A DNA stretch of 64,000 bases from an uncultured bacterium (GCA_963705705.1 CAVPKK010000007.1:1-64000), one strand, 5' to 3'. Positions 1-11,164 are shown, numbered from the stretch's first letter. A program made the numbers and translations. Notes: generated by a model from the sequence alone, not told the origin.

Positions 1-931
1 GAATACTATTCCTTATAAAGTGGGTATGGCATTGCTTAAAGATGTGCCAAAAAATCCAAAATTAGTTTATGCCCTCAAACAGTACATGCTTAGACATTTA
101 AATGAACACCGAATTCCTGAAGAAATTAATCTAATTATTTTTAATTTAAGTAATGAGATTGAGCGAGAATTAGATTCTACCGTGCGCGACTGGTTTGGCA
201 ATGAGACGGACTTATCTTCTTTAAATATAGGTTCATTGCGGTCCATGTTGAATTCATGTACGACTCCTTTTATGTATACAGGTTTCAAGTTTTGGTCGAA
301 GATTATTAATGGACGGCAAATATAAATCCTTGGCTATTAAACAAATCATAAATGAAGAGCTTGCCCACAGACCAATCGATATAAATTTTGTGCCGCGAAA
401 ATTAAAGACACCCCCCGAGCCCAATTTTACACCACCGCAAGCTGGTGCTAATGACCGCTTTGGTGTGCCTTTATTTAACTACTATGACAATGATCAAGGT
501 CAGAAGCAAACTACTATGTTTTTGCTTTCATCTGGCGAGCCGACAGTCAAGCTGATAGTTCCAGCAGTGTATCAGCTTTGCCATCCGCGATTTGCATTAG
601 AAGGTTTAAAAGATCAGCATGCGCGCACTGAGATCTTTATGCGCGGCATACAAGCAATGCGCAATAAGCTAAATAAACACCTATTGCCTGAGCTTACAAC
701 CATTGTTGAGGAATATGCATCGTTGCATATACCTGTAACTGTTGCTGCCAACATTTTCTTGATACGGATGATGAACAGCTTATGTTGCAAGAACGAATAT
801 TAACATTACCTAAGCAATGCCAGCGCCGCATCGCTCAGTTATATGTAGGCAGCAAAAAATATGCTATGAAACTAATTAATGATAAGAAGGCAAGCCAATT
901 AACTTGCGCAGCGAATGACCGCTTAGAATAA
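1..931 (+). pseudogene. 3' part of an ankyrin-like secreted protein paralog, interrupted by two frameshifts (5' end outside window)
   Basis: ORFs 20..325 and 309..803, plus a third frame 749..931 (QHFLDTDDEQLMLQERILTLPKQCQRRIAQLYVGSK...), align consecutively with the protein at 1967..3259. Frame changes at ~280-295 and ~742-750. Could be assembly errors. Confidence 0.8.
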
Positions 932-933
932 TC

Positions 934-3259
934 ATGAAGGTATATACATTGAACATTAAACACCTATTACTGATCTTACTACTCAATCCCATTTTCTTGC
1001 ATGCCTCATCCGTGCCTGTCCCTAGCGCGAGTTGCAGCCGCAGCCAATCTACTATTGGCCAGCAGCCAATCCGTCAAGGCAAATCAGATCTCGAGGAAAA
1101 GGAAAAAGAACATAAAGAGCAAGCAATAACGCCACAGCAGATGACACTTGATGAAGTAGCAAAGAAAATCGTACATGGCTTCCACGGTTTAGGTGAAGTT
1201 AGTCTAGTAATGAATGATTTAGATCTCATACTGGCTGATTTGCCTTTACTAGAAGCAATTGATGAAAATAATCGCGATAAGATTGTGGAGCTTATAAGAA
1301 CCAAAAAGGGCGATGTGAATGCACCCGATATGCGAAGGCCCTTCTTATTTGCCCTACAGCAAAACAACTTTTCTCCCAAAGATCTTCCAGCATTACTGCA
1401 ATGCTGCCTCAATAATACGAAGAATGTGCGAACTAAACCGCTAACCGCAGCTGAAATCCAAGAAAAAAAGAAATTTTGGTCGGGCTTCACACCGATTATG
1501 AAAGCAGCGGCAGCCGGCGATAAAGATCTGGTGGCATTTTATTTAGCTGAAGGCGCAGATTTTATGAACTCGATCATATTTGATCCCCTTATAAATATCT
1601 CGGATATGAATGCAACTATTAACGGTCGATCATTAGCATGTGCTTTAGAAAGAGATATTAACAAGAAGAAACATACCTTTGATGATGTTGAGGGACAAAA
1701 ATTAATACCAGAGCGAATTTTGTTGGCAGACGCTTTATATGCAGCTTTACCAAAGTACGAAAATGATAATTTTGATGATTCTCATGATGAACATTGTATA
1801 TGCTATGGCACTTTTGAACTAACTAAGGGGCTTGATGCTTTGCAACTGGCCGTTATTGGCGGTCATATTAGTGTAGTACAACGATTGCTAAATGCAGTAA
1901 TAAATTCTGAGACGCTATCGACCGATCAAAAACGGTCTGCGATGCTTCAGGGCATTCAGTAAACTATTGCCTTGGTCAGTTGTGGCTCGATATGTTGATT
2001 CTAAAACAGCTCGTACTTTATATAGAAGCTGTGGCATATCGGTACCAAAAGCTGATAACTATCGAGAAATTATGCGCATCTTGGTAGAAAAAATCATTCC
2101 ACTGTGGGATCATGAATATTTAATACCTATCGGCATGGGACTAATACCCGATGCTCTTAAATGTGGTACCTCTGATATGTTGCAAGCAATTTGTGAGGCG
2201 CTTGCGCAAGAAAAATTGGATGATGAAAATGAAAAGAGAAAATATGATCTAGGCAGAAATTTGGAGCGAAATTTAATTAACAAAATAATAAATGTTGAAA
2301 AATTAGCCATACTCCTTACCGCTGACAAACTTTCACCTTTTTTCAATCATCATACCATTCCCTATAGAGTGGGTATTGCATTGCTTAAAGAGGCAGCAAA
2401 AAATCCTAAATTACTTTATACCATTAAGCAGTACGCACATGGAAATCGGCATGAACTTGATGATATCCCTCGTGAAGCCCTTAATCTCATTTTTTATTTA
2501 AGCAATGAGATTAATTGGCAGCGTGAGTTAGATTCTGAAGTGGGAACATTGTTTCGCAATGAGACGGATTTATCTTCTCTAAATATAGCTTCATTGCGGG
2601 CCGTATTGAATTCATGCATGTCTCCTTTTATTTATAATAATGATAGACGTGGGCTGCGAAGACTATTAATGGATGGAAAGTATAAATCCTTAGCCATTAA
2701 ACAAATCATTAATGAAGAACTTGCCCACAGACCAATCGATGTAACGTTTGTGCGGCCACAATTATTGGCAGCGGACACGCATTTTTTAATGCCGCCGCAA
2801 GTAAGTGCTAACGACCGCACAGGCGTGCCTTTATTTAACTTCTATGATAATGATCGTGATCAGAAACAAACTACTATGTTATTGCTGTCAGATGGTGAGC
2901 CATCAGTCAAACCTATAGCCCCAGCAGTTTATCAGCTTTTTCACCCAAGATTTGCGTTAGCTAATCTAAAAGATCAACATTCGCGTGCTGTTGCCTTTAT
3001 GCGCGGCATACAGGCAACTCGCAATAAATTAAATGAATACCTAGTCTCTGATCTTACGACCATTGTTGAGGAATATGCATCGTTGCATATGCCAGCAGAT
3101 GTTGTGCGACATTTTCTTGATACTGATGATGAACAGCTAATGCTGCAGGAGCGAATATCAACCTTGCCCGAGCAATGCCAACGCCGTATCGCTCAGTTGT
3201 ATGTCGGCAGCAAAATATATGCTACCAAGTTATTAGGTGTTGCGCCTGCAAATAAGTAG
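934..3259 (+). CDS. Secreted ankyrin-like repeat protein, split by a single-base frameshift at ~1950
   Basis: Signal peptide ...PIFLHA|SS; ANK-like GFTPIMKAAAAGD and ALQLAVIGGH. Removing one G from GGG at 1950-1952 joins ORFs 934..1962 and 1967..3259 as MLQAFSKLLPWS, matching IQAALKKVIVFS in paralog 11310..13136. Confidence 0.8.
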
Positions 3260-3292
3260 GAATCCTAATCGGACATACAGGATGCGTTTGCA

Positions 3293-3393
3293 CGACTGAT
3301 CCTCGCTATGGAACCTCCAAGTCAAGATGACTGGGCCTTTAGTATCCGTCGGATAACCGCATGTTAGGGCTAGTCACGCAGATTATGAGGTAA
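3293..3393 (+). pseudogene. Relic C-terminal fragment of another ankyrin-family paralog
   Basis: Reads RLILAMEPPSQDDW then, in another frame, MLGLVTQIMR*. Matches RQILAMGP...MLGKHLTQII (3400 gene) and RQIIAMEP...ILGEGLTQLM (13129 gene). Confidence 0.65.
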
Positions 3394-3399
3394 TATCAA

Positions 3400-5001
3400 A
3401 TGGATCACATCAAGATGAGTAAAAAACAGTTTTCGCTAACTCTACTATTATTTATCCCATTATTTGCACTGGGAACTTCCGCGCCCGTCGAACTCAAAGA
3501 GCGAGAAGAAAAATCTAGCCGAAAAAAAACCGATAATGAAATCAGTGCCATTGTAGAAAAGTTTGTGGCGCGGCTAGCGGAAAAAGGCCAACCTGTAAGC
3601 GCTTCGCATATCGCAAGGGCTATTCTTGAAATTCGAGGATGCCAGGCTGCAGCACCATTGTTCCAGGCAATGGATAACAATGATATTCCGCGCATTCGGG
3701 AACTTGTTGTTCCTGTCCGCGAAGGAGGTCGATATTCCAAAGCTTGTTTGCATGATAGCTATCTAGCAACCTTAAAATATTATCAATTAGAAGGAGAGGA
3801 TCTTAAGGAATTCCTTATCCAATTGCACAAGCTTTTTGACTCCAAAAGCAATCAAGGAACCTGGTCTACTGAAAAAGGATGTATTCGGTATGGATTGGGA
3901 TCTACGGATACTTCTTCGATCTATGGATTTACACCTTTGATGAGAGCAGTGGCTCGTGGTGATACAGACCAAGCAAAAATTTGCTTGCCTTATTGGCGTT
4001 TTTGTGGCGAAAATGGCGGGGTGCTTGCAAGTATGGTTGATCAAGAAGCAAGAATTAATGCACGGGCCGTGGCTGCCATTATATATAGATATGTGATACA
4101 AGAACCGGTTATCTACGGAATAGACGTGCCATTAGCGGATGCCATTCAAGATAGAGGGATAGGATCACTATTTGATGATATGCATATACAACCAATGAGT
4201 TTGGCAGCTCGTGCCGGTAATATTGAGATGTTTGATTTGTTGGATGTAGAACCAATAGTCCATACTCGCCTCATCAAAAGGTTTGATTGTATTATTGGGG
4301 CTCTTACGTCGCTGATTGTCTATTCTGAACTTGCACTAACAAAATGTGCCGAGCCAATTTTTAAAGCAATGGGCATTATCAACCCAAAACCTAAGAATTA
4401 TGGCGTGATTGGGCGAAAGCTCATGCAAAACTTGTTAACTCTCTTTAAGAATCCTGAATCTATGACTCGAGAATTTGAATGTGCGGTCAGGGATGCGGGA
4501 TACTATTACAGCGGCCGAATGGGAATCTTGGCGCATAGCTTGCGCTTTGGCTCAAGTGAGATGCTTAATATTGTAGCATCTAATATGGCGCATATCCCGC
4601 ACAACGATCGAGAGAAAAATAATCTATCATTCCTAGCTCTTGGGATAGTTTCTGGCGAAAAATTGGGAATGCTTTTTTTCATAGATGCAGATAAAGATTC
4701 CCCAGTCTTCATGCTCAGAAACTCATTGCTCGAGCGGATAAGAGATAATTCTACCTTATTAATGCGACTGCAACGGTATATGAAAGAAGCAGTAGATGAT
4801 CAACAAAATATCCCTGAGCTGCAAAACCGATTAAACCGTCATCTTATTCCAGTACTGAGCTCGATAGTTACCGATTATTTCCGCTTTGATTATGCCATTG
4901 TAAGACAAATCCTTGCTATGGGGCCTAAAAATGATGATCAGTCTACAAATTATATGTTGGGTAAACATCTGACACAAATTATAACAGAACACGAGTTTTG
5001 A
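3400..5001 (+). CDS. Secreted ankyrin-like repeat protein
   Basis: Signal peptide ...PLFALG|TSAP; GFTPLMRAVARGD, MSLAARAGN; close paralog of 13129..15033. Confidence 0.85.
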   Translation: MDHIKMSKKQFSLTLLLFIPLFALGTSAPVELKEREEKSSRKKTDNEISAIVEKFVARLAEKGQPVSASHIARAILEIRGCQAAAPLFQAMDNNDIPRIRELVVPVREGGRYSKACLHDSYLATLKYYQLEGEDLKEFLIQLHKLFDSKSNQGTWSTEKGCIRYGLGSTDTSSIYGFTPLMRAVARGDTDQAKICLPYWRFCGENGGVLASMVDQEARINARAVAAIIYRYVIQEPVIYGIDVPLADAIQDRGIGSLFDDMHIQPMSLAARAGNIEMFDLLDVEPIVHTRLIKRFDCIIGALTSLIVYSELALTKCAEPIFKAMGIINPKPKNYGVIGRKLMQNLLTLFKNPESMTREFECAVRDAGYYYSGRMGILAHSLRFGSSEMLNIVASNMAHIPHNDREKNNLSFLALGIVSGEKLGMLFFIDADKDSPVFMLRNSLLERIRDNSTLLMRLQRYMKEAVDDQQNIPELQNRLNRHLIPVLSSIVTDYFRFDYAIVRQILAMGPKNDDQSTNYMLGKHLTQIITEHEF

Positions 5002-5020
5002 TCCTTGGGATGATGTATAT

Positions 5021-5809
5021 TTAATCCGCCTTTTTCGTCTTTATCTTTTTAATTTTTCTCAAAGCAGATCCTTTATGCATGGCCATATGATCTGTCTTAT
5101 CGCTTTTAATTAAATATTGCGGCTCTTGGCGAGAAGCGTGAACTTTATACCCTTTGAATGTGATTTCTGAGGAAATTTTTTTCTTAATGATCCCGCGCAC
5201 TCGCCCAGCTTCAGAATTCCAGCTTACATGATCGCCTACTTTAAAATCTTTTTCCATATTCGATCCTTTTTTTGTTACTATTTTTGCCGGGTAAGTGATG
5301 ACCGTTCCATGAACCGCAGCCCATGGAGTTAGCTTGTGCGGTTTCACAGAAGTCTTACTGTAAATATTCTTAACTTTTATCCCGCGTATCAGTAAGGCAT
5401 CGCCAATCAGTGATCGATGGCATCGCCATGGGACTGCTTCAGCACACATGATTACCACTATTTTATGTTGTGCGATATCCATCAATTGTTGTATGCCAAC
5501 ATTAAATTCATCTGTTTGCATGTAATCTGCATATCCACGAAATGAGGCATTTTCCCAGGCCGTATTTATGGATTTTTTTGTTGTATGACGTAAACCACCT
5601 AAATTTGCTTGGTGGCGATAACCAATGTGATGATTTCTTAAAACATGGGCTAATGCATCACCATTAAATTGAGGGTTATGCCTTGATTTTGGTATCGTGC
5701 GAATATCGATAACTTCCGTAATGTGGTAATGCTTTAGTATCGACAAAAATTCTTCTATCGATCGCGTTGAATGGCCAATAGTAAATATGGTCAACGCTTT
5801 CTTTTTCAT
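5021..5809 (-). CDS. DUF488 family protein fused to a DUF2945 (Hva1 TUDOR-like) domain
   Basis: TIGHSTR, DIRTIPKSRHNPQF, MCAEAVPWRCHR are typical of DUF488; C-terminal FKVGDHVSWNSEAG...EPQYLIKSDKTDHMAMHKGSAL is typical of DUF2945. Confidence 0.85.
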   Translation of the reverse strand: MKKKALTIFTIGHSTRSIEEFLSILKHYHITEVIDIRTIPKSRHNPQFNGDALAHVLRNHHIGYRHQANLGGLRHTTKKSINTAWENASFRGYADYMQTDEFNVGIQQLMDIAQHKIVVIMCAEAVPWRCHRSLIGDALLIRGIKVKNIYSKTSVKPHKLTPWAAVHGTVITYPAKIVTKKGSNMEKDFKVGDHVSWNSEAGRVRGIIKKKISSEITFKGYKVHASRQEPQYLIKSDKTDHMAMHKGSALRKIKKIKTKKAD

Positions 5810-5814
5810 ATTAT

Positions 5815-6921
5815 TTATTTTCCGGCCCTAGGCGCATCTTCAGTAACTAACATTCCAAATTCCGCCAGCTTCTCAAGATCTACCAAAACGTAGGGAAGAA
5901 ATAAACCTCTATCCTCATACGGTTCGGTATACATCCATTGATACGTTTTTGTAGATTGATCAAAGGTAACAAGAGGCGCTTCGTCTGGTTTTTCGATAGT
6001 AAATTTCTGCTTTCTGCCATCTATTACTCTGATAATTCGCGATGGGCTGGTCTTGAGCAAGGAAACTTTTTCCTTGAGATTAATATATCTAACCATCTCC
6101 TCAGCCGATTTTTTCAATCTTTCTTCACGGTGTTGAGCCGTTTCACCTTTTTTTTCTTTTAGATCTAGTGCTGGAGAAAGCAACGTCATAGGATCCTTTT
6201 CGGCTGCCTTAATTTGTTGTTCATAGATGCTGTCGCCAACGAAAACGGAATTCTCTGGCATTTTTTTTATGAAAATATTTCGCATTGCCACGGCAGGGGC
6301 GGTAAGCATATAAACCTTTTTAGGATCTCGCATTTTCATCACTTTTGCCGCGAAAGAATGGAGGTGCATAGATTGATCAGACTGCTTTTTCAGTGTTGGC
6401 TGCTTTTGTTCCAAACTCAATGCAGCTTCCCAGGTACGTGAAATTCCCATATGTGATGTTATGAGAGCATCGGGTGACGTCACCACAGAAACGAACATCT
6501 CGATATTGGGATTGCTACTTCCATTAAGGTAATTGAGCTTTGCCCTTTCTTTTATGGCTACATTTGATGCATAGGCCACCCACAGTTCATTAGTATGTGC
6601 AATGTTTCCTGATTTATATGCTTTCATGATGCTCATAAAGCGTCGTGAACCATCTACGGTCTGTAAGTATTTGAGATTCATGCGTTCGCCAGCCGATTCC
6701 TGTTGTTTAGCGTATCCCTCCCACATATCTATGTTCTTATGGTCTACCCGTTCAAGGCACACATAAAATTGATCATTTACTTTACCCGAATACAAATCAT
6801 CGCTTATCTTTTGTACGTTAGCCGCCCAGTCTGCTGTTGGCTGAGAAGAAGCTGAAGTTGCGCAAAGGTCTACGCATGGCCATAGGAATAGTGTAAGGAT
6901 TAAAATAAAAAATCGGTTCAT
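5815..6921 (-). CDS. Secreted hypothetical protein
   Basis: 368-aa ORF, GGAG RBS, signal peptide ...VDLCA|TSASS; no recognisable domain. Confidence 0.75.
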   Translation of the reverse strand: MNRFFILILTLFLWPCVDLCATSASSQPTADWAANVQKISDDLYSGKVNDQFYVCLERVDHKNIDMWEGYAKQQESAGERMNLKYLQTVDGSRRFMSIMKAYKSGNIAHTNELWVAYASNVAIKERAKLNYLNGSSNPNIEMFVSVVTSPDALITSHMGISRTWEAALSLEQKQPTLKKQSDQSMHLHSFAAKVMKMRDPKKVYMLTAPAVAMRNIFIKKMPENSVFVGDSIYEQQIKAAEKDPMTLLSPALDLKEKKGETAQHREERLKKSAEEMVRYINLKEKVSLLKTSPSRIIRVIDGRKQKFTIEKPDEAPLVTFDQSTKTYQWMYTEPYEDRGLFLPYVLVDLEKLAEFGMLVTEDAPRAGK

Positions 6922-6930
6922 GTGTCTCCA

Positions 6931-9324
6931 TCACCGACCAAATGTTAAATAAGTCCAAGCGCTATGCAATTCGTGAAGCCTGCGTTCCGCCTCAGCCTTT
7001 TGTTCGGCAGGGGCTGATGATGAATTTATCTGCGCGTATTCATCAGAAAGTTTTTTAAATCGTGCCGCAATCAGTTGAGAATTATCTTGCTCAGGCGTAA
7101 GGCCCAAAACTCTGAGAGCTCTTGCACGTTTTGGTTGCGCCACTGCTTCATTTTGCTCTTGCTCATTCCTTCGTTTTGCTTCCAATGCCTCAGGTGCTTT
7201 TTCCATAGTCGCAGGAGCATTCTCAAATTGCGCGCCGGTCAGTTCCAAGGGACGCCTTTGCAATTGCTTGTATTGCTCGGCCAGAATTTTTTCGATTTCT
7301 TCGGCTTCAGTTTTTTCTGTTCTTGCTCGCGGCTTCAAGTGGAACCTCTCGACCGGCCCGACTGGTTGCTCTTCAAATGCGACCAAGATCATGCCCTTTA
7401 CAAACGTGCTATCTTTTCCAAGCGTACCTACTGCTGTAGCTAATACATCGTCACCATTTTTATCACGCGTGAGAAGCAAATCCTCAACCTTTGGCCCACC
7501 AAACTGTATGAGGATCATAAAGATTTTGAGATATCGTGCCTCGGCTGCTCTTATTTGTTGCCGTATCACTTCGGCCGCAGTTTTTTTCTCCCCCTCAGAC
7601 ATACTATTATCGATCATAATCTGAGTAATCTCGGAACGCATATTCGCGACTCTATCAGCCAACGCTTTGACCACAAGTTGAACTAAATTATTGCCGTTGG
7701 CATCACGTATTTTTGCAATATCGATTTCCCTCGAGCTATCAGGATCTGGAATCTTTACGCCACGAACCATAATGGTTTTGTATAAATTGCGCACAGCATG
7801 AATGTCACCATTGCGGATCGCATCAAATAGTTGCTGTTCGACCAATATTTGTTCTGGTCTTTTAAAGTAAAGTTTAACTTTTGGCTTCAACTCCAGTTCG
7901 GTGCGCAATTTCTCCGTGCTTAATGATATTGGGTTGTTATACAATTTAACAAGCTTAAGACGTTTCAGGCCTGCAAGAATATGAGCGGGAAGTACACTAA
8001 TTTGATTATCATCAAGATAAAGGTATTCAAGTTTTACTAAGGGGCTAAAGATATGCGGTGGGAGTGTGGTTATATTGTTGCCACCAAGATCAAGCAAGGT
8101 GAGGTTTGCAAGGCCATTAAAGATACCCTGAACGAGCGTGCTTCGAAGGGTATTTCCAAGTGAAAGTACGCTGAGTTTATTTAGACCATGAAAAATTCCC
8201 ACAGGGAGTATTCGTAGTGGATTATCATTCAGGTCAAGCGTCTCTAGTTGTATCAAACCATTAAAGGTGCCTTTTTCTAGAGCAAGTAGGAAGTTGCTGC
8301 TGAGATTAAGAGTTCTTAGATTTGCAAGGCCATTGAACGAGGTTGCGGGAATTATTAAGAGCTTATTTTCTTCAAGAATAAGAGTTGTAAGAGAGATGCA
8401 ATCAAGGAAAATGTTCACAGGAAGTGTGGTGAGTTGATTACCAAAAAGGCTCAGATCGTTAAGGTTGCTAAGCCCTGGGATTTCATCAAACCCATTCAAA
8501 TCACTGAGGTTTATGTCATTTAAGTCTAATGATGAATCACGCCTCACAGAAGAATTAATTTCATATTCATGGGAAGCAATGCCCAATGCCTTATTGCCAT
8601 AGTAGTAATCACGGAAAGGAATGCCCCTGCCTGCGCCGGCCCTTATTTTTTTTAAGTAAAGCACCAGATTAGGTTGTGAAGTAAATTCTTTTTGCAGTTG
8701 CTCTGGATTGAGTAGCGGATTGCCATATAGATTAAGGCTGATGAGAGAGTTTAAGCCTCTCACGATATCCGCGGGAAATATTGTAAGCCTATTCTCGGCT
8801 AGAGAGATCCATTGCAGGTTTGCTAAACCAGAAAAAATAGCCGATGGAAGTGTGTTTAATTGGTTTCCGTCAAAATCAATTGCAGAAAGATTTGTCAGAC
8901 CCGTGAAAATACCTTGCGATAGCGTAGTTAATTGGTTGTTGCGGGCGCAAATAACTCTAAGATTTACTAAGCCATTGAAGATGCCCGTGGGAAGCATAGT
9001 AAATTGGTTGCCATCTAGGCGAATCGCGCGAAGATTAACTAAACTATTGAGGATATCTTCTGGTATTGTTTTGAGCTGATTGCCAGAGAGGTCAAGAGAA
9101 TGAATTTGGCTAATGTTGGGAACTTCATCTAAACCATCCAAATTGGTAATGTTCTCATTCGATAAAATTAAATACCCATCTTCTACAGCGCTATCAACAA
9201 GATCCTGTTCGGAAGGGATGCCCAGCTCTCTATTGCCATGATAATAGTCACGAAACGAAATAGCCTGGACCGAGCCAGCCAAGCTTAGTAGTATTAATAG
9301 ATTGAATTTGCGATTCATAAACAT
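6931..9324 (-). CDS. Secreted LRR protein with two cap+LRR modules, conserved ANK-like/coiled-coil domain and C-terminal J-like domain
   Basis: GSVQA|ISFRDYY; 24-aa LRRs (LPxxIFxGLxNLxxLxLxxN); second GIPFRDYY cap; KIRDANGNNL; ends ALRVLGL...HELHSAWTYLTFGR. Start placed at ATG after GGAAGG. Confidence 0.9.
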   Translation of the reverse strand: MFMNRKFNLLILLSLAGSVQAISFRDYYHGNRELGIPSEQDLVDSAVEDGYLILSNENITNLDGLDEVPNISQIHSLDLSGNQLKTIPEDILNSLVNLRAIRLDGNQFTMLPTGIFNGLVNLRVICARNNQLTTLSQGIFTGLTNLSAIDFDGNQLNTLPSAIFSGLANLQWISLAENRLTIFPADIVRGLNSLISLNLYGNPLLNPEQLQKEFTSQPNLVLYLKKIRAGAGRGIPFRDYYYGNKALGIASHEYEINSSVRRDSSLDLNDINLSDLNGFDEIPGLSNLNDLSLFGNQLTTLPVNIFLDCISLTTLILEENKLLIIPATSFNGLANLRTLNLSSNFLLALEKGTFNGLIQLETLDLNDNPLRILPVGIFHGLNKLSVLSLGNTLRSTLVQGIFNGLANLTLLDLGGNNITTLPPHIFSPLVKLEYLYLDDNQISVLPAHILAGLKRLKLVKLYNNPISLSTEKLRTELELKPKVKLYFKRPEQILVEQQLFDAIRNGDIHAVRNLYKTIMVRGVKIPDPDSSREIDIAKIRDANGNNLVQLVVKALADRVANMRSEITQIMIDNSMSEGEKKTAAEVIRQQIRAAEARYLKIFMILIQFGGPKVEDLLLTRDKNGDDVLATAVGTLGKDSTFVKGMILVAFEEQPVGPVERFHLKPRARTEKTEAEEIEKILAEQYKQLQRRPLELTGAQFENAPATMEKAPEALEAKRRNEQEQNEAVAQPKRARALRVLGLTPEQDNSQLIAARFKKLSDEYAQINSSSAPAEQKAEAERRLHELHSAWTYLTFGR

Positions 9325-9328
9325 TTTT

Positions 9329-11092
9329 TTACCTTCCAAATGCTAAATAAGTCCATGCACTATATAATTCATGAAGTTTGCATTCTGCCTCGTTTTTCTC
9401 GTTAGCAGGTGCTGATGATGAAATTATCTGCGAATATTCATCCGAAAGCTTTCTAAATCGCGCAGCAATCAATTGAGAATTATCTTGCTCAGATGTAAGG
9501 CCCAGAACTCCGAGAGCTCGCGTGCGTTTTTGTTGTGCCACTTCTTCGCCTTGCTTTTGCTCGCTCCTTTGTTTTGCTTCTAATGCCTCAGGTGCTTCTT
9601 CCATAGCTATGGCGGGAATTCGCTCAAACTGCATTCTTTTTGGTTCAGGGCCTGGCAATTCCAAGGGGCGCTTTTGCAGTCGATTGCGTTGAACAGCCAG
9701 ATTTTCAGATGCAGTTTCGGCCTCATTTTTTTCCGTTTTTTCACTGTGTGGCCGCTGTGTTACAAGAATCAATCGTGGTGCTGGTAATCTCATTCGCGGC
9801 TGCTCATAATTTATTAAAGCTCTTACAAAGCTACTGTCTCTTCCAAGGGCACCAATAGCTGCGCCTAATACATCATCACCATTTTTATTTCTCACGGAAA
9901 GCATTTCCTCAACTGACGGTCCACCGAATTGGATCAGGGTGCCCAAGATTTTGATATATACCTCCTCAACAGATTTTGTTTGATCCTCTACTGCCTTTTT
10001 TTCTTCGGGTGTAAGTTGAGCTATCGACTTAGCGACTTCTCTGTTAATTTCCCTGATTTTCTGGGCCAAACTTTGTACGACCGTTTGGAGAAGATTGTTG
10101 TCATCCACATCGCGCATTTTGGCAATATCAATTTTTTTCATCTCACTGCCCACGGGAATCCCTACTCTGCCGAGCATAATTGTTTTGTATAATTGGCGCA
10201 CCAAATCATAGTCACCATTACGGATCGCTGTAAACATCTGCTGCTCTATTAACCTTTGCTCTCGGCCTTTAAAGTACAGCCGAATGAAGGGGCGTATTCC
10301 TAATTCTTTGCGTAATTCATCGTCATTTAAAGGAATTGGATTGTTATACAGATCAAGGATTCTAAGAGTTTCAAGATCTGCAAAGATGCTAGGTGGAAAC
10401 TTAGCGATCTCGTTACCAGCAAGATTAAGTATTGTTATGTTACTTAAATTATTAAAAATACCTGCAGGAAGCATGCTGAGCTGATTCCATTGGAGATACA
10501 GATTTTTGAGCTTATCTAACCCCTTAAAAACGCCTCGGGGAAGTTCAGCGAGCTGATTATAATTCAAAGAAAGATATCGAAGTGCTTGTAGGCTAAGGAA
10601 GATGCCAAGCGGCAATGTTTTTAGGTCGTTGCCACTAAGATCAAGATCGCTAAGAATGTGTAGATTGCTAAAGGTGGGTGCGTGAAGTACCGTGATTCGG
10701 TTATTTGCCAGATAAAGCTCGCGAAGTGTTTTGCCTATCCTTAAGAAAATGGTAGCAGGAAGCGTAGTGAGCCGATTATTATTGAGATTAAGCTCCACAA
10801 GTGAATCGAAGTCTTGGAAAAAATTTGCCGGAAGCTCGGTAAGTTTGTTACCTGCAAGGTTGAGCACCTCAAGATCACTTAGGCCTATCAGATGGTCTGC
10901 ATCAAAATCAGTTAAATCAGTAAGATTTTTATTTGATAAATCTAATTGTCCACTGCCTATAGCATGATCAACATCTTCGAAATGTGAGGGGATGTCTAAA
11001 GCTGTATTCCCGTAATAATAATCACGAAATGAAATAGCCTGGGCTGAGCCAGCCAAGCTTAGTAGAGTTAATAGATTAATTTTAAGTTTCAT
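9329..11092 (-). CDS. Secreted LRR protein with ANK-like/coiled-coil domain and J-like C-terminus
   Basis: GSAQA|ISFRDYY, typical-class LRRs, KMRDVDDNNLL, C-terminus nearly identical to that of 6931..9324. Confidence 0.9.
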   Translation of the reverse strand: MKLKINLLTLLSLAGSAQAISFRDYYYGNTALDIPSHFEDVDHAIGSGQLDLSNKNLTDLTDFDADHLIGLSDLEVLNLAGNKLTELPANFFQDFDSLVELNLNNNRLTTLPATIFLRIGKTLRELYLANNRITVLHAPTFSNLHILSDLDLSGNDLKTLPLGIFLSLQALRYLSLNYNQLAELPRGVFKGLDKLKNLYLQWNQLSMLPAGIFNNLSNITILNLAGNEIAKFPPSIFADLETLRILDLYNNPIPLNDDELRKELGIRPFIRLYFKGREQRLIEQQMFTAIRNGDYDLVRQLYKTIMLGRVGIPVGSEMKKIDIAKMRDVDDNNLLQTVVQSLAQKIREINREVAKSIAQLTPEEKKAVEDQTKSVEEVYIKILGTLIQFGGPSVEEMLSVRNKNGDDVLGAAIGALGRDSSFVRALINYEQPRMRLPAPRLILVTQRPHSEKTEKNEAETASENLAVQRNRLQKRPLELPGPEPKRMQFERIPAIAMEEAPEALEAKQRSEQKQGEEVAQQKRTRALGVLGLTSEQDNSQLIAARFRKLSDEYSQIISSSAPANEKNEAECKLHELYSAWTYLAFGR

Positions 11093-11134
11093 TTCTTCCT
11101 TTGGGCCTATTCTTGTTGCGGAGTTATTAAAACC

Positions 11135-11164
11135 AGACTAGCAAAAAGCCTAGGGCAGAATCAA
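11135..11164 (-). promoter_or_regulatory. sigma70-type promoter of the 11092 LRR gene
   Basis: Minus strand TTGATT-18 nt-TAGTCT with TGn extension; near-identical layout upstream of the paralog at 17348-17377. Confidence 0.6.
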
